Shown: one piece after another, positions 1 to 8,588 of the stretch | Layout: every line of letters begins with the position of its first letter | How positions within the stretch are numbered: position 1 is the stretch's first letter | Source of the DNA: Candidatus Brennerbacteria bacterium RIFOXYC1_FULL_41_11 | Lineage (GTDB): Bacteria; Patescibacteriota; Minisyncoccia; UBA6257; Brennerbacteraceae | DNA length: 63,412 bases | Direction of reading: 5' to 3' | Assembly: GCA_001817215.1 (NCBI GenBank) | Contig: MHHX01000012.1 | Span: 4,843 to 68,254 of the forward strand | Notes under the pieces: generated by a model | The model's database searches: none | What the model saw: only the letters and a program-made list of their open reading frames with translations | Told to the model about the DNA's origin: nothing | Made by a program: the position numbers and the translations under genes

Positions 1-72
1 ATTTACAGGGTGAAAATTGTTAAGAGTTTTTTGACCGAGTGATTCTTTCTCGATTTTTTAGGTGGCGTTTTG

Positions 73-546
73 ATGATTTTGACAGACATGATGACTTTTT
101 TATTTTTTCTCTTTAGCGGTATTTTTTTCCTTGCTTTAAGTAGTTTTGTTTTGGTGACTTTTTTGTCGTCCGGTGTTTTGTTTTTTGCTTGGTTAGGCTA
201 TGGATTTTTGAGATTTTCTTTGAAGCCGATCGAGGTTCTGGCGGCGCTGTTTGTTTTCGGAGTATTTTTTGCGGCACTTGCTGGAGTTGGCGTTTTTATT
301 AGCCTTGTCGTCTTGGGCTTGCCGTTAATATTTTCTCTGTTTTTATTCAGAACCTTCACAAAGATGGAGAATTTTTGGAAAACTCTTCTTGGTGGATTGA
401 TTTATTTGACGTTATTGTTTTTGGGGTTGGAAGTTGTCGGTTTGGGTTCTTTGACCGGTTTTGTGGCTGCGGTTTTATTTTTGTTTATATTTGCGTTTCT
501 AGATTTCGGTATTTCAAGAATGATCGGGAGTAAGAAAAACAGATAA
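73..546 (+). CDS. Polytopic integral membrane protein, possibly rod-shape protein MreD
   Basis: ORF is almost entirely hydrophobic (F/L/G/V-rich, about 5 TM segments). It lies directly upstream of PBP2, as mreD does in mreCD-mrdAB clusters. ATG at 73 follows the TTG at 70. Confidence 0.4.
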   Translation: MILTDMMTFLFFLFSGIFFLALSSFVLVTFLSSGVLFFAWLGYGFLRFSLKPIEVLAALFVFGVFFAALAGVGVFISLVVLGLPLIFSLFLFRTFTKMENFWKTLLGGLIYLTLLFLGLEVVGLGSLTGFVAAVLFLFIFAFLDFGISRMIGSKKNR

Positions 547-593
547 AAACTTTCTTATTCATAAATTCAATTTATTTATTATTCGTCGGAAAA

Positions 594-2450
594 ATGAAAT
601 TTAAACGCGACACGAGCTTTATTATCGAGCCGGAAGAAATACTTCTTGAAAGCGGGGCTCAGGGCGCAAAGCGCCTAGAGATTGCCCTTGATCGCAGGTA
701 TGTTATTTTTGTTTTTTCCTTGTTTTTTTTGTTCTTGATCGTTTGTCTTGGTTTGGCTTTTAAGCATCAGATATTTTCGCATGGTGAGTATTTTAAAAAA
801 TCTCAAGAGAATTCTCTGAGGAATATTTTTGTTGAAGCTCCGCGGGGTTTGATTCTTGATCGTTACGGTAAGGTGCTGGCTGATAATAAAGTTGTTTTCG
901 AAATTATGGCCGCGAGAGAGAAATTTGGTTCAAAAGAAGAGCTGGGTGGTCAGCTGTTAATTCTGTCTTCTATTATTGACATGACCGAAGGGGAAATTTC
1001 AAAAAAACTTGAAACCAATGAAAATCTTGTATTTCAGGGCCTTGATCTTGGTGGAGCTATTAAGTTCAAGGCAAGGGAATCTGACCTGCCGGGGTTTAAG
1101 CTGATTGGGCGTTATGAGCGGGAATATCCTTTTAAAGAAGCCCTGAGCCACGTACTCGGTTATACCGGTCTGGTTACCAAAGAAGATCAGCAAGATAATC
1201 CCGAGTTATCTTTTGATCAAAATCTTGGTAAAACCGGGATTGAATTTTTGTATGATCAAGAGTTGAGAGGCGAGCGCGGTAGTTTGAGTTATCAGGTTAA
1301 TGTTATGGATGATTTGGTCGGAATCGAAAAGAATAGTTATTTTGGTTTTGGCAAGACAGTGCAGCTCACGGTTGACAGCGGTTTGCAAGAAAAGATTTAT
1401 CAGGTTTTTAAGAGCAACATCTCTGATGCAAAATCAGGAGCGGTTGCGATTGCTTTAGAGCCGGGAACCGGAGAAGTTTTGGCCATGGTAAGTTATCCTG
1501 GCTTTGATGTTTCAAAAAATATTTGGTCAAGCTCAAAAGCTCAACCGTTTTTTAATCGTGCCGTTTCCGGCGAGTACAGTCCTGGCTCAACTATTAAGCC
1601 GTTTGTCGCTCTGGCGGCCCTGGAAGAGAAAGAGATTGATCCGTATCGTATGATCGACGACACGTTGGGTAGGTTAATCGTGCCGAATCCGTATTTTCCG
1701 GATAAACCATCAGTTTTTCGAGATTGGAAAATTCATGGTTTGGAAGACATGGAAAGTGCTATTGCCGATTCATGCAATGTGTATTTCTATACCATCGGAG
1801 GAGGATCCGGCGATATTGATGGCTTGGGAGTCGATAGAATAAGATTTTATCTTGGAAAATATGGTTGGGGTAAGAAAACCGGCATTGAGTTTTCAAACGA
1901 GAAAATCGGATTTTTACCAGACGGAAACTGGAAAGAAAAAACTTTGGGAGATGCCTGGAGGCTTGGTGATACTTATCTTTATTCAATCGGCCAAGGATAT
2001 GTAAAAACAACGCCAATACAACTGATTACGAACTATCAATTGTTTGCTAATCGGGGCAAGGTTTTTCAGCCATTTTTGGTTAAAAAAATTTCAGATCAAG
2101 AATCGGAAACGGAATTATTTTCCAATTCGCCTAAGGTTTTGCGTGAATATAACATCGATAAAAAATATCTGGATATTGTTAACTCAGGCTTAAGGAGAAC
2201 GGTGACAGACGGTTCTGCTGCTGGCAGGATGGCTGATTTGCCGTTTTCAGTTTCGGGTAAAACCGGTAGTATTCAGACATCTTCAAGTTTGACAGACACC
2301 AATGCCGCTTTCGTCGCTTTTGCGCCTTCTGAAAACCCAAAGATTCTGCTCTTGGTCTTGGTTGAGTCAGGCGGTTCTGGTGGTGCTACTGCCGTGCCAT
2401 TGGCAAAAGAGATTTTGTGGTGGTATTGGGAAAACAGGATGGGTGAATAA
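594..2450 (+). CDS. mrdA: Penicillin-binding protein 2 (class B transpeptidase)
   Basis: 618 aa with an N-terminal TM anchor. Transpeptidase motifs are present: SxxK (GSTIKP), SxN (DSCN) and KTG (SGKTGS). Confidence 0.85.
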   Translation: MKFKRDTSFIIEPEEILLESGAQGAKRLEIALDRRYVIFVFSLFFLFLIVCLGLAFKHQIFSHGEYFKKSQENSLRNIFVEAPRGLILDRYGKVLADNKVVFEIMAAREKFGSKEELGGQLLILSSIIDMTEGEISKKLETNENLVFQGLDLGGAIKFKARESDLPGFKLIGRYEREYPFKEALSHVLGYTGLVTKEDQQDNPELSFDQNLGKTGIEFLYDQELRGERGSLSYQVNVMDDLVGIEKNSYFGFGKTVQLTVDSGLQEKIYQVFKSNISDAKSGAVAIALEPGTGEVLAMVSYPGFDVSKNIWSSSKAQPFFNRAVSGEYSPGSTIKPFVALAALEEKEIDPYRMIDDTLGRLIVPNPYFPDKPSVFRDWKIHGLEDMESAIADSCNVYFYTIGGGSGDIDGLGVDRIRFYLGKYGWGKKTGIEFSNEKIGFLPDGNWKEKTLGDAWRLGDTYLYSIGQGYVKTTPIQLITNYQLFANRGKVFQPFLVKKISDQESETELFSNSPKVLREYNIDKKYLDIVNSGLRRTVTDGSAAGRMADLPFSVSGKTGSIQTSSSLTDTNAAFVAFAPSENPKILLLVLVESGGSGGATAVPLAKEILWWYWENRMGE

Positions 2451-2627
2451 AATTACTTGTTGTTGAGTTGCGTTAGTAGATTTGTTTTCCTGTCGGTGCT
2501 CTCCCCCGACGACTCTTCCAGAGATCAAGCCCGTCGGGACTCCGAGAGTTGCCACACGGAAAATAAATCTGTTTACTTTTTCGAGATATTTTTATTCTAA
2601 ACAGATGGACAGTCGAGGAAAATATAA

Positions 2628-2650
2628 GGGGGCAGCCTTTTGCTGCCCCC
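2628..2650 (-). terminator. Intrinsic terminator of small gene A
   Basis: GGGGGCAGC-cuuuu-GCUGCCCCC, a 9-bp G+C stem. On the minus strand it is followed by ttatatttt, 10 nt after the stop at 2660. Confidence 0.7.
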
Positions 2651-2659
2651 TTAGCGCCC

Positions 2660-2875
2660 CTACTGCTCGAGCAATTCGTTCATTTGCTCGCAGATTTCGT
2701 TGGCTACTTCTTTTTGGAGGAGTCTTTGCGAGTAGTCCCGCAGGTCGTTTGCGCGTACAGTCTGTATCATCTTGAGGGCTCCCCATGATTTTTTGTCCCC
2801 CACTATCTTATACCATCGTATAGTGAAGCCTTGTTCGAGATGCGGTTCATCGTGGTCATGCTTTACCGTAAACAT
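2660..2875 (-). CDS. Hypothetical small protein (71 aa), G+C-rich cassette A
   Basis: Internal ATG at 2875 is preceded by AAAAAGGAGAAACCAACC (strong SD). The upstream part of the 142-aa track ORF runs through a promoter and a TA repeat. Own terminator. No family recognised. Confidence 0.55.
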   Translation of the reverse strand: MFTVKHDHDEPHLEQGFTIRWYKIVGDKKSWGALKMIQTVRANDLRDYSQRLLQKEVANEICEQMNELLEQ

Positions 2876-3059
2876 GGTTGGTTTCTCCTTTTTTGTTCCT
2901 TTTGAATGGGTTTCTAAGCCATCTTGGTCATTTCTGTTTTTAGGACGTCCCGCGTCGTGAATCATGAATAGATATTGTCCCGGAAACGAGAGAGTGTGAT
3001 TAGCGTGAATTTGGGGGTCTAGGATTGAAAGCGTGTCTCTACGTGAAAATCTTATTTTG

Positions 3060-3088
3060 ATTCTACGATATATATATATATTTGTCAA
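3060..3088 (-). promoter_or_regulatory. Sigma70-type promoter TTGACA-17 nt-TAGAAT with an (AT)7 spacer
   Basis: Minus strand reads TTGACA aatatatatatatatcg TAGAAT. The -35 is at 3083-3088, the -10 at 3060-3065 and the AT tract at 3068-3081. Confidence 0.5.
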
Positions 3089-3283
3089 ATTCTTGTAATG
3101 CGGATATAAGTGGTTGCCAAATCAGACTTATAGGGTAAAATATATGGTTATTAGATTAGCCGCGCCCTGCCTTGACCCTTATTGTCGTGAGGAGCGGGGA
3201 TAATTTAAGAAAAAATAATTAATTTTTTAAACAATTTCAGTATTGCGTAATTTTTATTACTCAATCTTGAAAATAGCATTCAG

Positions 3284-3751
3284 ATGGATGACAAACCTTA
3301 TTATGTTTCCCAAGAGGGACTGGTTAATTTAAAAGAAAAGCTTGAGGTTTTGAAAACCAAAGAAAGGAAAAATATCGCTGAAAGGATAAAAGAGGCTGTT
3401 GAGGCTGGCGACATCTCTGACAGTCCGGCTTACGAATCAGCAAGAGAAGCTCAATCAATTAATGAGGGCAGGATTTTGGAACTCGAAGATTTAATCAAGC
3501 GAGCAGCGATTATTAAAAAGCGTCAGAATTCGACAACCGTGGCCATTGGTTCTGGTGTTGAAGTCAAAAGTGGTTTGAAAAAAATGGAATTCACCATTGT
3601 CGGTTCTGAAGAATCTGATCCGGAAAAGGGTTTTATTTCTAATGAATCACCCCTGGGTCAAGCGCTTTTGGGCAAAAAAGTCAGTGACGAGATATCTATC
3701 ACCAATATGCTTGGCAAGAAGATTGAGTACAAAATCATAAGAATTTTTTAA
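3284..3751 (+). CDS. greA: Transcription elongation factor GreA
   Basis: 155 aa. N-terminal coiled-coil with the acidic tip (EAVEAGDISDSPAYESAREAQ) and a C-terminal FKBP-like domain, typical of GreA. Confidence 0.9.
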   Translation: MDDKPYYVSQEGLVNLKEKLEVLKTKERKNIAERIKEAVEAGDISDSPAYESAREAQSINEGRILELEDLIKRAAIIKKRQNSTTVAIGSGVEVKSGLKKMEFTIVGSEESDPEKGFISNESPLGQALLGKKVSDEISITNMLGKKIEYKIIRIF

Positions 3752-3770
3752 GATTAGAATTAATAACGGA

Positions 3771-5225
3771 ATGTCCACGATTGATGAATTGATTCGTTCG
3801 CGTAGACAAAAGCTTGAAGAACTTGAGAAGAAAGGCATCAACCCCTTTCCGGCAAGAATTGAACTTTCAGGCGAGCGGATAAGAATAGAAAAAGCGAGAG
3901 AGCTTTCAGGCAAAAAAGTTTTGGTTTCCGGAAGACTTTGGTCAATTCGTGAACACGGCACGATGATCTTTGCGGATTTGAAAGATGAATCAGGAAAAAT
4001 CCAAGTTCTGTTTTTGAAAAAAATTCTCAGTGATAATAAATTTGAATCCGTCAGTTTGTTGGACACCGGCGATTTTTTTGCTTGTTATGGAAAGATTTTT
4101 GAAACAAAAGCTGGTGAGATTACGGTTGAGGTTGAAGACTGGCAGATTTTGGCAAAGTCTTTGCGACCCTTACCAAGTGAGCATTTTGGATTGAAAGATG
4201 TCGAGGAAAGGTTTCGAAAAAGATATCTTGATTTGTTGTTGAACCCAGAGGTCAGAAAAAGATTTGATATTAGGTCAAAACTGGTAACTGGTGTGCGTCA
4301 GTATCTCGATGGTCTTGGTTATTTTGAGGTTGAGACGCCGACGCTACAGGTGCTTTATGGCGGAGCCAATGCCAAACCATTTAAAACTCATCTTAATGCT
4401 TTGAACATTGATGTTTTTTTGAGGATTGCCGATGAACTTTATCTGAAAAGATTGATTGCTGGGGGCTATGAAAGAGTCTACGAAATCTGCAAGGATTTTC
4501 GTAATGAAGGTGTAGACCAGACGCATAACCCCGAATTTACGATGATTGAGTTTTATCAGGCTTATTCGGATTATTACGGCATCATGGATGTCGCCGAAAA
4601 CATGCTCAGATATTTGGCAAAAATAATTTTCGAAAAAACTTTAATAAAAGTCGGCGATTACGAAGTTGATATTGGCAAGCCGTGGCCTAAAATAAGAATG
4701 GTGGATGCCATCGAGGATAAGCTCGGCTTGAAGGTGGCGGAAGAAACAGAGAAATCACTGGTCGATTACTGCAAAAAAAATAAGATTGAATTGGTCGGTG
4801 GCGAAACAAAAGGACAGCTGATCTTTACTATTTTTGAGCACTTGATAACCGACTCCTTGATTCAACCGGTTTGGATCATTGATTATCCGAAAGACGTCTC
4901 GCCTTTATCTAAAAATAAACCTGGCGAATCAGATTGGGTAGAAAGATTTGAGGGCTATATCGGGGGGAAAGAAATTTTTGACGGTTGGAGCGAGTTAACC
5001 GACCCCCGCGAACAGCGTCAACGTTTCGAGTCTGATAAAAGAGCTGTCAGAAAGGATAAGGAAGAGGCGCAACAGGTTGATGAAGATTTCTTGGAAGCGA
5101 TGGAATACGGCATGCCGCCGATCGGCGGCATTGGTATTGGTATTGATCGCTTAACAATGTTTTTCACAAATACTTGGAACATCCGGGAGCTGATTATTTT
5201 CCCGACGATGAGGCCGAAAGAATAA
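3771..5225 (+). CDS. lysS: Lysyl-tRNA synthetase, class II
   Basis: 484 aa with an N-terminal OB anticodon-binding domain. Class II motifs are present (FRNEG, GGIGIGIDRL). Confidence 0.95.
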   Translation: MSTIDELIRSRRQKLEELEKKGINPFPARIELSGERIRIEKARELSGKKVLVSGRLWSIREHGTMIFADLKDESGKIQVLFLKKILSDNKFESVSLLDTGDFFACYGKIFETKAGEITVEVEDWQILAKSLRPLPSEHFGLKDVEERFRKRYLDLLLNPEVRKRFDIRSKLVTGVRQYLDGLGYFEVETPTLQVLYGGANAKPFKTHLNALNIDVFLRIADELYLKRLIAGGYERVYEICKDFRNEGVDQTHNPEFTMIEFYQAYSDYYGIMDVAENMLRYLAKIIFEKTLIKVGDYEVDIGKPWPKIRMVDAIEDKLGLKVAEETEKSLVDYCKKNKIELVGGETKGQLIFTIFEHLITDSLIQPVWIIDYPKDVSPLSKNKPGESDWVERFEGYIGGKEIFDGWSELTDPREQRQRFESDKRAVRKDKEEAQQVDEDFLEAMEYGMPPIGGIGIGIDRLTMFFTNTWNIRELIIFPTMRPKE

Positions 5226-6373
5226 TGGCAAAAATCCAAAAAATCGAGATTCAGAAAGTTCTTGGATTCCGCAGTTCAGAGACCATAAAAGCCTCTGTTT
5301 TTGATGAGGTCGGAGAGTCTGCTGAAGCTTTTGTGGCTTTTGGCAAGTCTGAAGGAAAATATGAGGCAAAATACCTGGAACCTGATAAGGCTGTTTTAAA
5401 AGGAGATGAGCTGACGAAACTGCTTTATGGGTTTGATTTAACTGATCAAGCGGGTATTGATTGGAAAATGATTGAGGCTGATGGAACTTTTCAAAAAGAT
5501 GTTCTCGGCGGCAATGTCATGCTTGGTGCGAGCGTTGCCTGCGCCAAGCTCGCCGCTAAAACACAAAAAAAGGAGCTATTTGCATATCTGGGTGGAATGG
5601 TTGGACAAGAAACAATTGTGTACAAGCCTCCAAAAATTCTTTTTAATATTATTGAGGGCGGCGTGCATGCTGACAATAGCCTGCCGATTCAGGAGCACTT
5701 ATTAATTTCCGGAAAATCCTCGATAAAAGATCAGATAGTTGCTCTGGATAAAGTCTTTGATTCTTTGGCGGTGAAGTTTGGTGATGGGGCCGAGTTCGGT
5801 GATGAAGGCGGGTTTAGCTATAGATTTCAATCAGAAGACGAGGTTTTTTCTTTAATCAATCAGCAGCTGGAAAATGGGGATATGGTTGGTATTGATGCGG
5901 CGGCAAATAATATTAAAAACTTTGATCCTGAATATTATCTTGGATACTATCAGAAACTTTTAAAAGAATATCCGTTTTTATATTTTGAAGACCCATTTCC
6001 AGAGGAAGGATTCGATGAATACTGGCAAAAACTCTATGCTGCGATAGGCGATAAAGCTCTGGTTGTCGGTGATGATTTGACCGTGACTAACCCGAAAAAA
6101 CTCAAGGAGATTTTGGATAAAAAAATGATTAATGGCATTATTATCAAGCCCGATCAAGTTGGCACATTAACAGAAACATTTGAAACAATTAAATTGGCAA
6201 GGGAAAATAATTTGAAGATTGCGGTGTCGCATCGGTCTCAAGAGACCAACGATGATTTTTTGGCTGATCTGGCTGTGGCTTGTAATGCTGACTTTGTGAA
6301 GTTTGGTGCTTTTTATCAGGGTGAGAGATTGGCAAAATACAATCGCTTATTGGCGATTGAGAGCCAATTTTAA
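5225..6373 (+). CDS. eno: Enolase (short, divergent form)
   Basis: ATG at 5225 overlaps the lysS TAA (TAATG). Enolase signatures are present: IKPDQVGTLTE and SHRSQETND (canonical IKxNQIGTxTE and SHRSGETED). Confidence 0.8.
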   Translation: MAKIQKIEIQKVLGFRSSETIKASVFDEVGESAEAFVAFGKSEGKYEAKYLEPDKAVLKGDELTKLLYGFDLTDQAGIDWKMIEADGTFQKDVLGGNVMLGASVACAKLAAKTQKKELFAYLGGMVGQETIVYKPPKILFNIIEGGVHADNSLPIQEHLLISGKSSIKDQIVALDKVFDSLAVKFGDGAEFGDEGGFSYRFQSEDEVFSLINQQLENGDMVGIDAAANNIKNFDPEYYLGYYQKLLKEYPFLYFEDPFPEEGFDEYWQKLYAAIGDKALVVGDDLTVTNPKKLKEILDKKMINGIIIKPDQVGTLTETFETIKLARENNLKIAVSHRSQETNDDFLADLAVACNADFVKFGAFYQGERLAKYNRLLAIESQF

Positions 6374-6405
6374 TATTATTGATATTCTGGGTTAATAAAT
6401 ATTAT

Positions 6406-6440
6406 AAAAACCCCATCAGGATGATACTGATGGGGTTTTT
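6406..6440 (-). terminator. Bidirectional intrinsic terminator (eno / small gene B)
   Basis: AAAAACCCCAUCA-loop-UGAUGGGGUUUUU, with A and U runs on both sides. Confidence 0.75.
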
Positions 6441-6452
6441 ATGTGTGGTTCG

Positions 6453-6665
6453 TTATCCTGCCCCTTCTTCGCCGCTTTCTTCATCGGCGCGGTGATTGGT
6501 GTAGCCTTCGGAGGCTGACCAATAAGCCTTGCATTCCTCCTGGGCTTCTTCTTCTGTTTTTGCCCAGATGGTCATCGAATAATCTCCCCCAAGCTTGGGG
6601 TGCGCGGCAGCGAACTTGGCATTGTGCGCGCGAATCTTGAATTTCTTTTTTCCGGCATGATCCAT
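6453..6665 (-). CDS. Hypothetical small protein (70 aa), G+C-rich cassette B
   Basis: ATG is preceded by GAAAGGAGAATATC (SD). Basic N-terminus and acidic C-terminus. Own promoter and terminator. No family recognised. Confidence 0.55.
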   Translation of the reverse strand: MDHAGKKKFKIRAHNAKFAAAHPKLGGDYSMTIWAKTEEEAQEECKAYWSASEGYTNHRADEESGEEGAG

Positions 6666-6692
6666 GATATTCTCCTTTCACGGTTTAAGAAA

Positions 6693-6721
6693 ATGTTGCC
6701 ATATATATATGTCTATGTCAA
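6693..6721 (-). promoter_or_regulatory. Candidate promoter TTGACA-17 nt-CAACAT with an (AT)5 spacer tract
   Basis: Minus strand reads TTGACA tagacatatatatatgg CAACAT, with TG one nt upstream of the -10. The predicted TSS is about 20 nt before the ATG of gene B. Confidence 0.4.
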
Positions 6722-6770
6722 GGAGAAATTCTTTTCAGGAAGATCATTTTTTCTGCTATAATTTATAGTC

Positions 6771-6941
6771 ATGAATCTGAAAACACTTTTTAAAGTGATT
6801 ATTTTAGCTGTATTTTTAGGCGCGGTATTTTTTGTTCTGGAGCTTGTTTTTAGAAAGCCTTTGGTTGAGGCGCCAAGTATGAGGCTGCCAACAAGTTTAC
6901 CAAAGATCAGTCCGCCCAACGAACCACCTCCACAATTTTGA
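6771..6941 (+). CDS. Possible 56-aa membrane/secreted peptide (below the ORF-track cutoff)
   Basis: ATG at 6771, TGA at 6939-6941. Sequence is MNLKTLFKVIILAVFLGAVFFVLELVF..., a hydrophobic N-terminus. ctataat lies about 10 nt upstream. The antisense 68-aa track ORF looks less protein-like. Confidence 0.3.
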   Translation: MNLKTLFKVIILAVFLGAVFFVLELVFRKPLVEAPSMRLPTSLPKISPPNEPPPQF

Positions 6942-6959
6942 TCTTTGATTTAAACATAG

Positions 6960-7721
6960 ATGTATTACAAAAATTTACAAGATTTTTTATCAGGAACTGG
7001 TCATGTTATTAATGGCAAGTGGTATCCTCGCGTAACTTCAATAATAAACATAAAAGCGAAACCCGCGCTGTTGAGATTTTATGGCGAAGCAAAAAGCTTT
7101 AATGCTGCCCAGGAAATCACAAATAACTCTGCTACAGAGGGGACCAAGGTTCATAATGCGATTGAGGCGATTTTAAAGAACGAAGAGCCGGAAAAAGACC
7201 CGGAAACCTTAGCGGCAGTCAAGGCGTTTAATGATTTTTCTCAGTTGCATGCGGTTAAGATTGACGGTGGGGCCGTGGAAAAGCAGATCTGGAGTCCAAA
7301 GCACGGGTTTGCCGGGACAATCGATATTTTAGGAGAGGTGGATGGTGAGTTCGGAGTTTTGGATATTAAGACCTCATCGGGAATTTGGCGCGACTATAAT
7401 CTTCAGACAGCTGCATATTTTGGTGCTCTACTTGAAGATGAGCCATGGGGAGAAGTAGTGAAAAAAGAAGTTCGGGGAAGGTGGATTTTAAGAATTGATC
7501 AGCAAAGAGTTTGCCAGCTTTGCGGAGCGAAAAAAAGAACCAAGGGTGGCAATATCAGGGTTCGTGGCGGCGTGTCAAGTTGTTATCATGAATGGTCTGA
7601 TTTGATCGGTGAGTGGGAGTTTAAGAAACTGGAAAATTTTGAGTCTGATTACGAAGCTTTTTTGGCGGCGAAAAGATTATGGGAGTGGGAGAACGAGGAG
7701 TGGTTGAAACAAATCAAATAA
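6960..7721 (+). CDS. PD-(D/E)XK (RecB/Cas4-like) nuclease family protein
   Basis: Motifs GTKVHNAIE, GTIDILGE...GVLDIKTS (D...D/ExK) and QTAAY are present. A CxxC...C.H cluster (CQLCG...SSCYHEW) is inserted near the C-terminus. Confidence 0.65.
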   Translation: MYYKNLQDFLSGTGHVINGKWYPRVTSIINIKAKPALLRFYGEAKSFNAAQEITNNSATEGTKVHNAIEAILKNEEPEKDPETLAAVKAFNDFSQLHAVKIDGGAVEKQIWSPKHGFAGTIDILGEVDGEFGVLDIKTSSGIWRDYNLQTAAYFGALLEDEPWGEVVKKEVRGRWILRIDQQRVCQLCGAKKRTKGGNIRVRGGVSSCYHEWSDLIGEWEFKKLENFESDYEAFLAAKRLWEWENEEWLKQIK

Positions 7722-7774
7722 AAGTAAAAATTCAAAAGTTAATAGACAATTAGTTAATACATTAATAAAAATTT

Positions 7775-8482
7775 ATGAACATTAATAAACTGGTTTTTGA
7801 CATTGAGACAATCGGGCAGAAGTTTGAGAATCTCGATGAGATTTCAAAAGAACTTTTGGAGAACCGGTTCAGGAAAAAATTCGGTGGCGATGAAGAAGAG
7901 ATAAACATTCAAAAAGAACGACTAACATTTTTTCCGCCTTTGTCAGAGATTGTCGCTATTGGCATGTTGAATCCGGATACGCAAAGCGGCATGGTTATTT
8001 ATCAGACCCGTAACGAGGAAACGAAAACAGAAGAAGGCAAAATAGAATATTTCCCGTTTCGATCAGAAAAAGATCTGCTGCAAAAATTCTGGGAATTAGC
8101 TATGGCCTATGAGGAGTTCATTACTTTCAACGGTCGCGGATTCGATGTGCCAATGCTTTTAATTCGTTCAGCGGTTAATGAGATCAGGCCATCTAAAAAT
8201 TTGATGGTCAATCGTTATCTTTCAAGCCAGCCGTTTAGTTTGAAACATATCGATCTGGCGGATGAGTTTGGGTTTTATGGGGCGAAAAATGATTATCTGG
8301 GACTTCATTTTTGGGCCAAGGCTTTTAATATCTCATCTCCAAAATCAGGCGAGATGACGGGAGAAGACGTCGGTAAAAACTTTGAGGACGGGAAATATCT
8401 TGGCATAGCCAGATACTGTATGGGTGATGTTTTTGCCACAGCTGAGCTTTATAAAAAGTGGCATAAATACTTACGTTTTTGA
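7775..8482 (+). CDS. DnaQ-fold 3'-5' exonuclease related to the PolB exonuclease domain
   Basis: ExoI FDIET at the N-terminus, ExoII FNGRGFDVPML and ExoIII YCMGDVFAT (YxxxD). Confidence 0.65.
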   Translation: MNINKLVFDIETIGQKFENLDEISKELLENRFRKKFGGDEEEINIQKERLTFFPPLSEIVAIGMLNPDTQSGMVIYQTRNEETKTEEGKIEYFPFRSEKDLLQKFWELAMAYEEFITFNGRGFDVPMLLIRSAVNEIRPSKNLMVNRYLSSQPFSLKHIDLADEFGFYGAKNDYLGLHFWAKAFNISSPKSGEMTGEDVGKNFEDGKYLGIARYCMGDVFATAELYKKWHKYLRF

Positions 8483-8588
8483 TTAGTGTTGTATAATGTG
8501 GTTGTATCATTTTGTCGAGGCTCGGTTTTAGCCTTGACCTTTAGCTTGTATTAAGTTGTAATTTTTGGGCCACTTTTTCGTCTTTATT

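Noticed and set aside
2482-2786. 97-aa (+) and 64-aa (-) ORFs next to cassette A
   Set aside because: They overlap the terminator hairpin and the supported 71-aa gene in other frames. They are by-products of local G+C richness.
3130-3280. Possible ncRNA or leader upstream of greA (CCGCGCCCTGCC...GGAGCGGGG segment)
   Set aside because: It is a short G+C patch without a convincing stem (the arms are not complementary) and without a terminator. It may simply be the greA 5' UTR.
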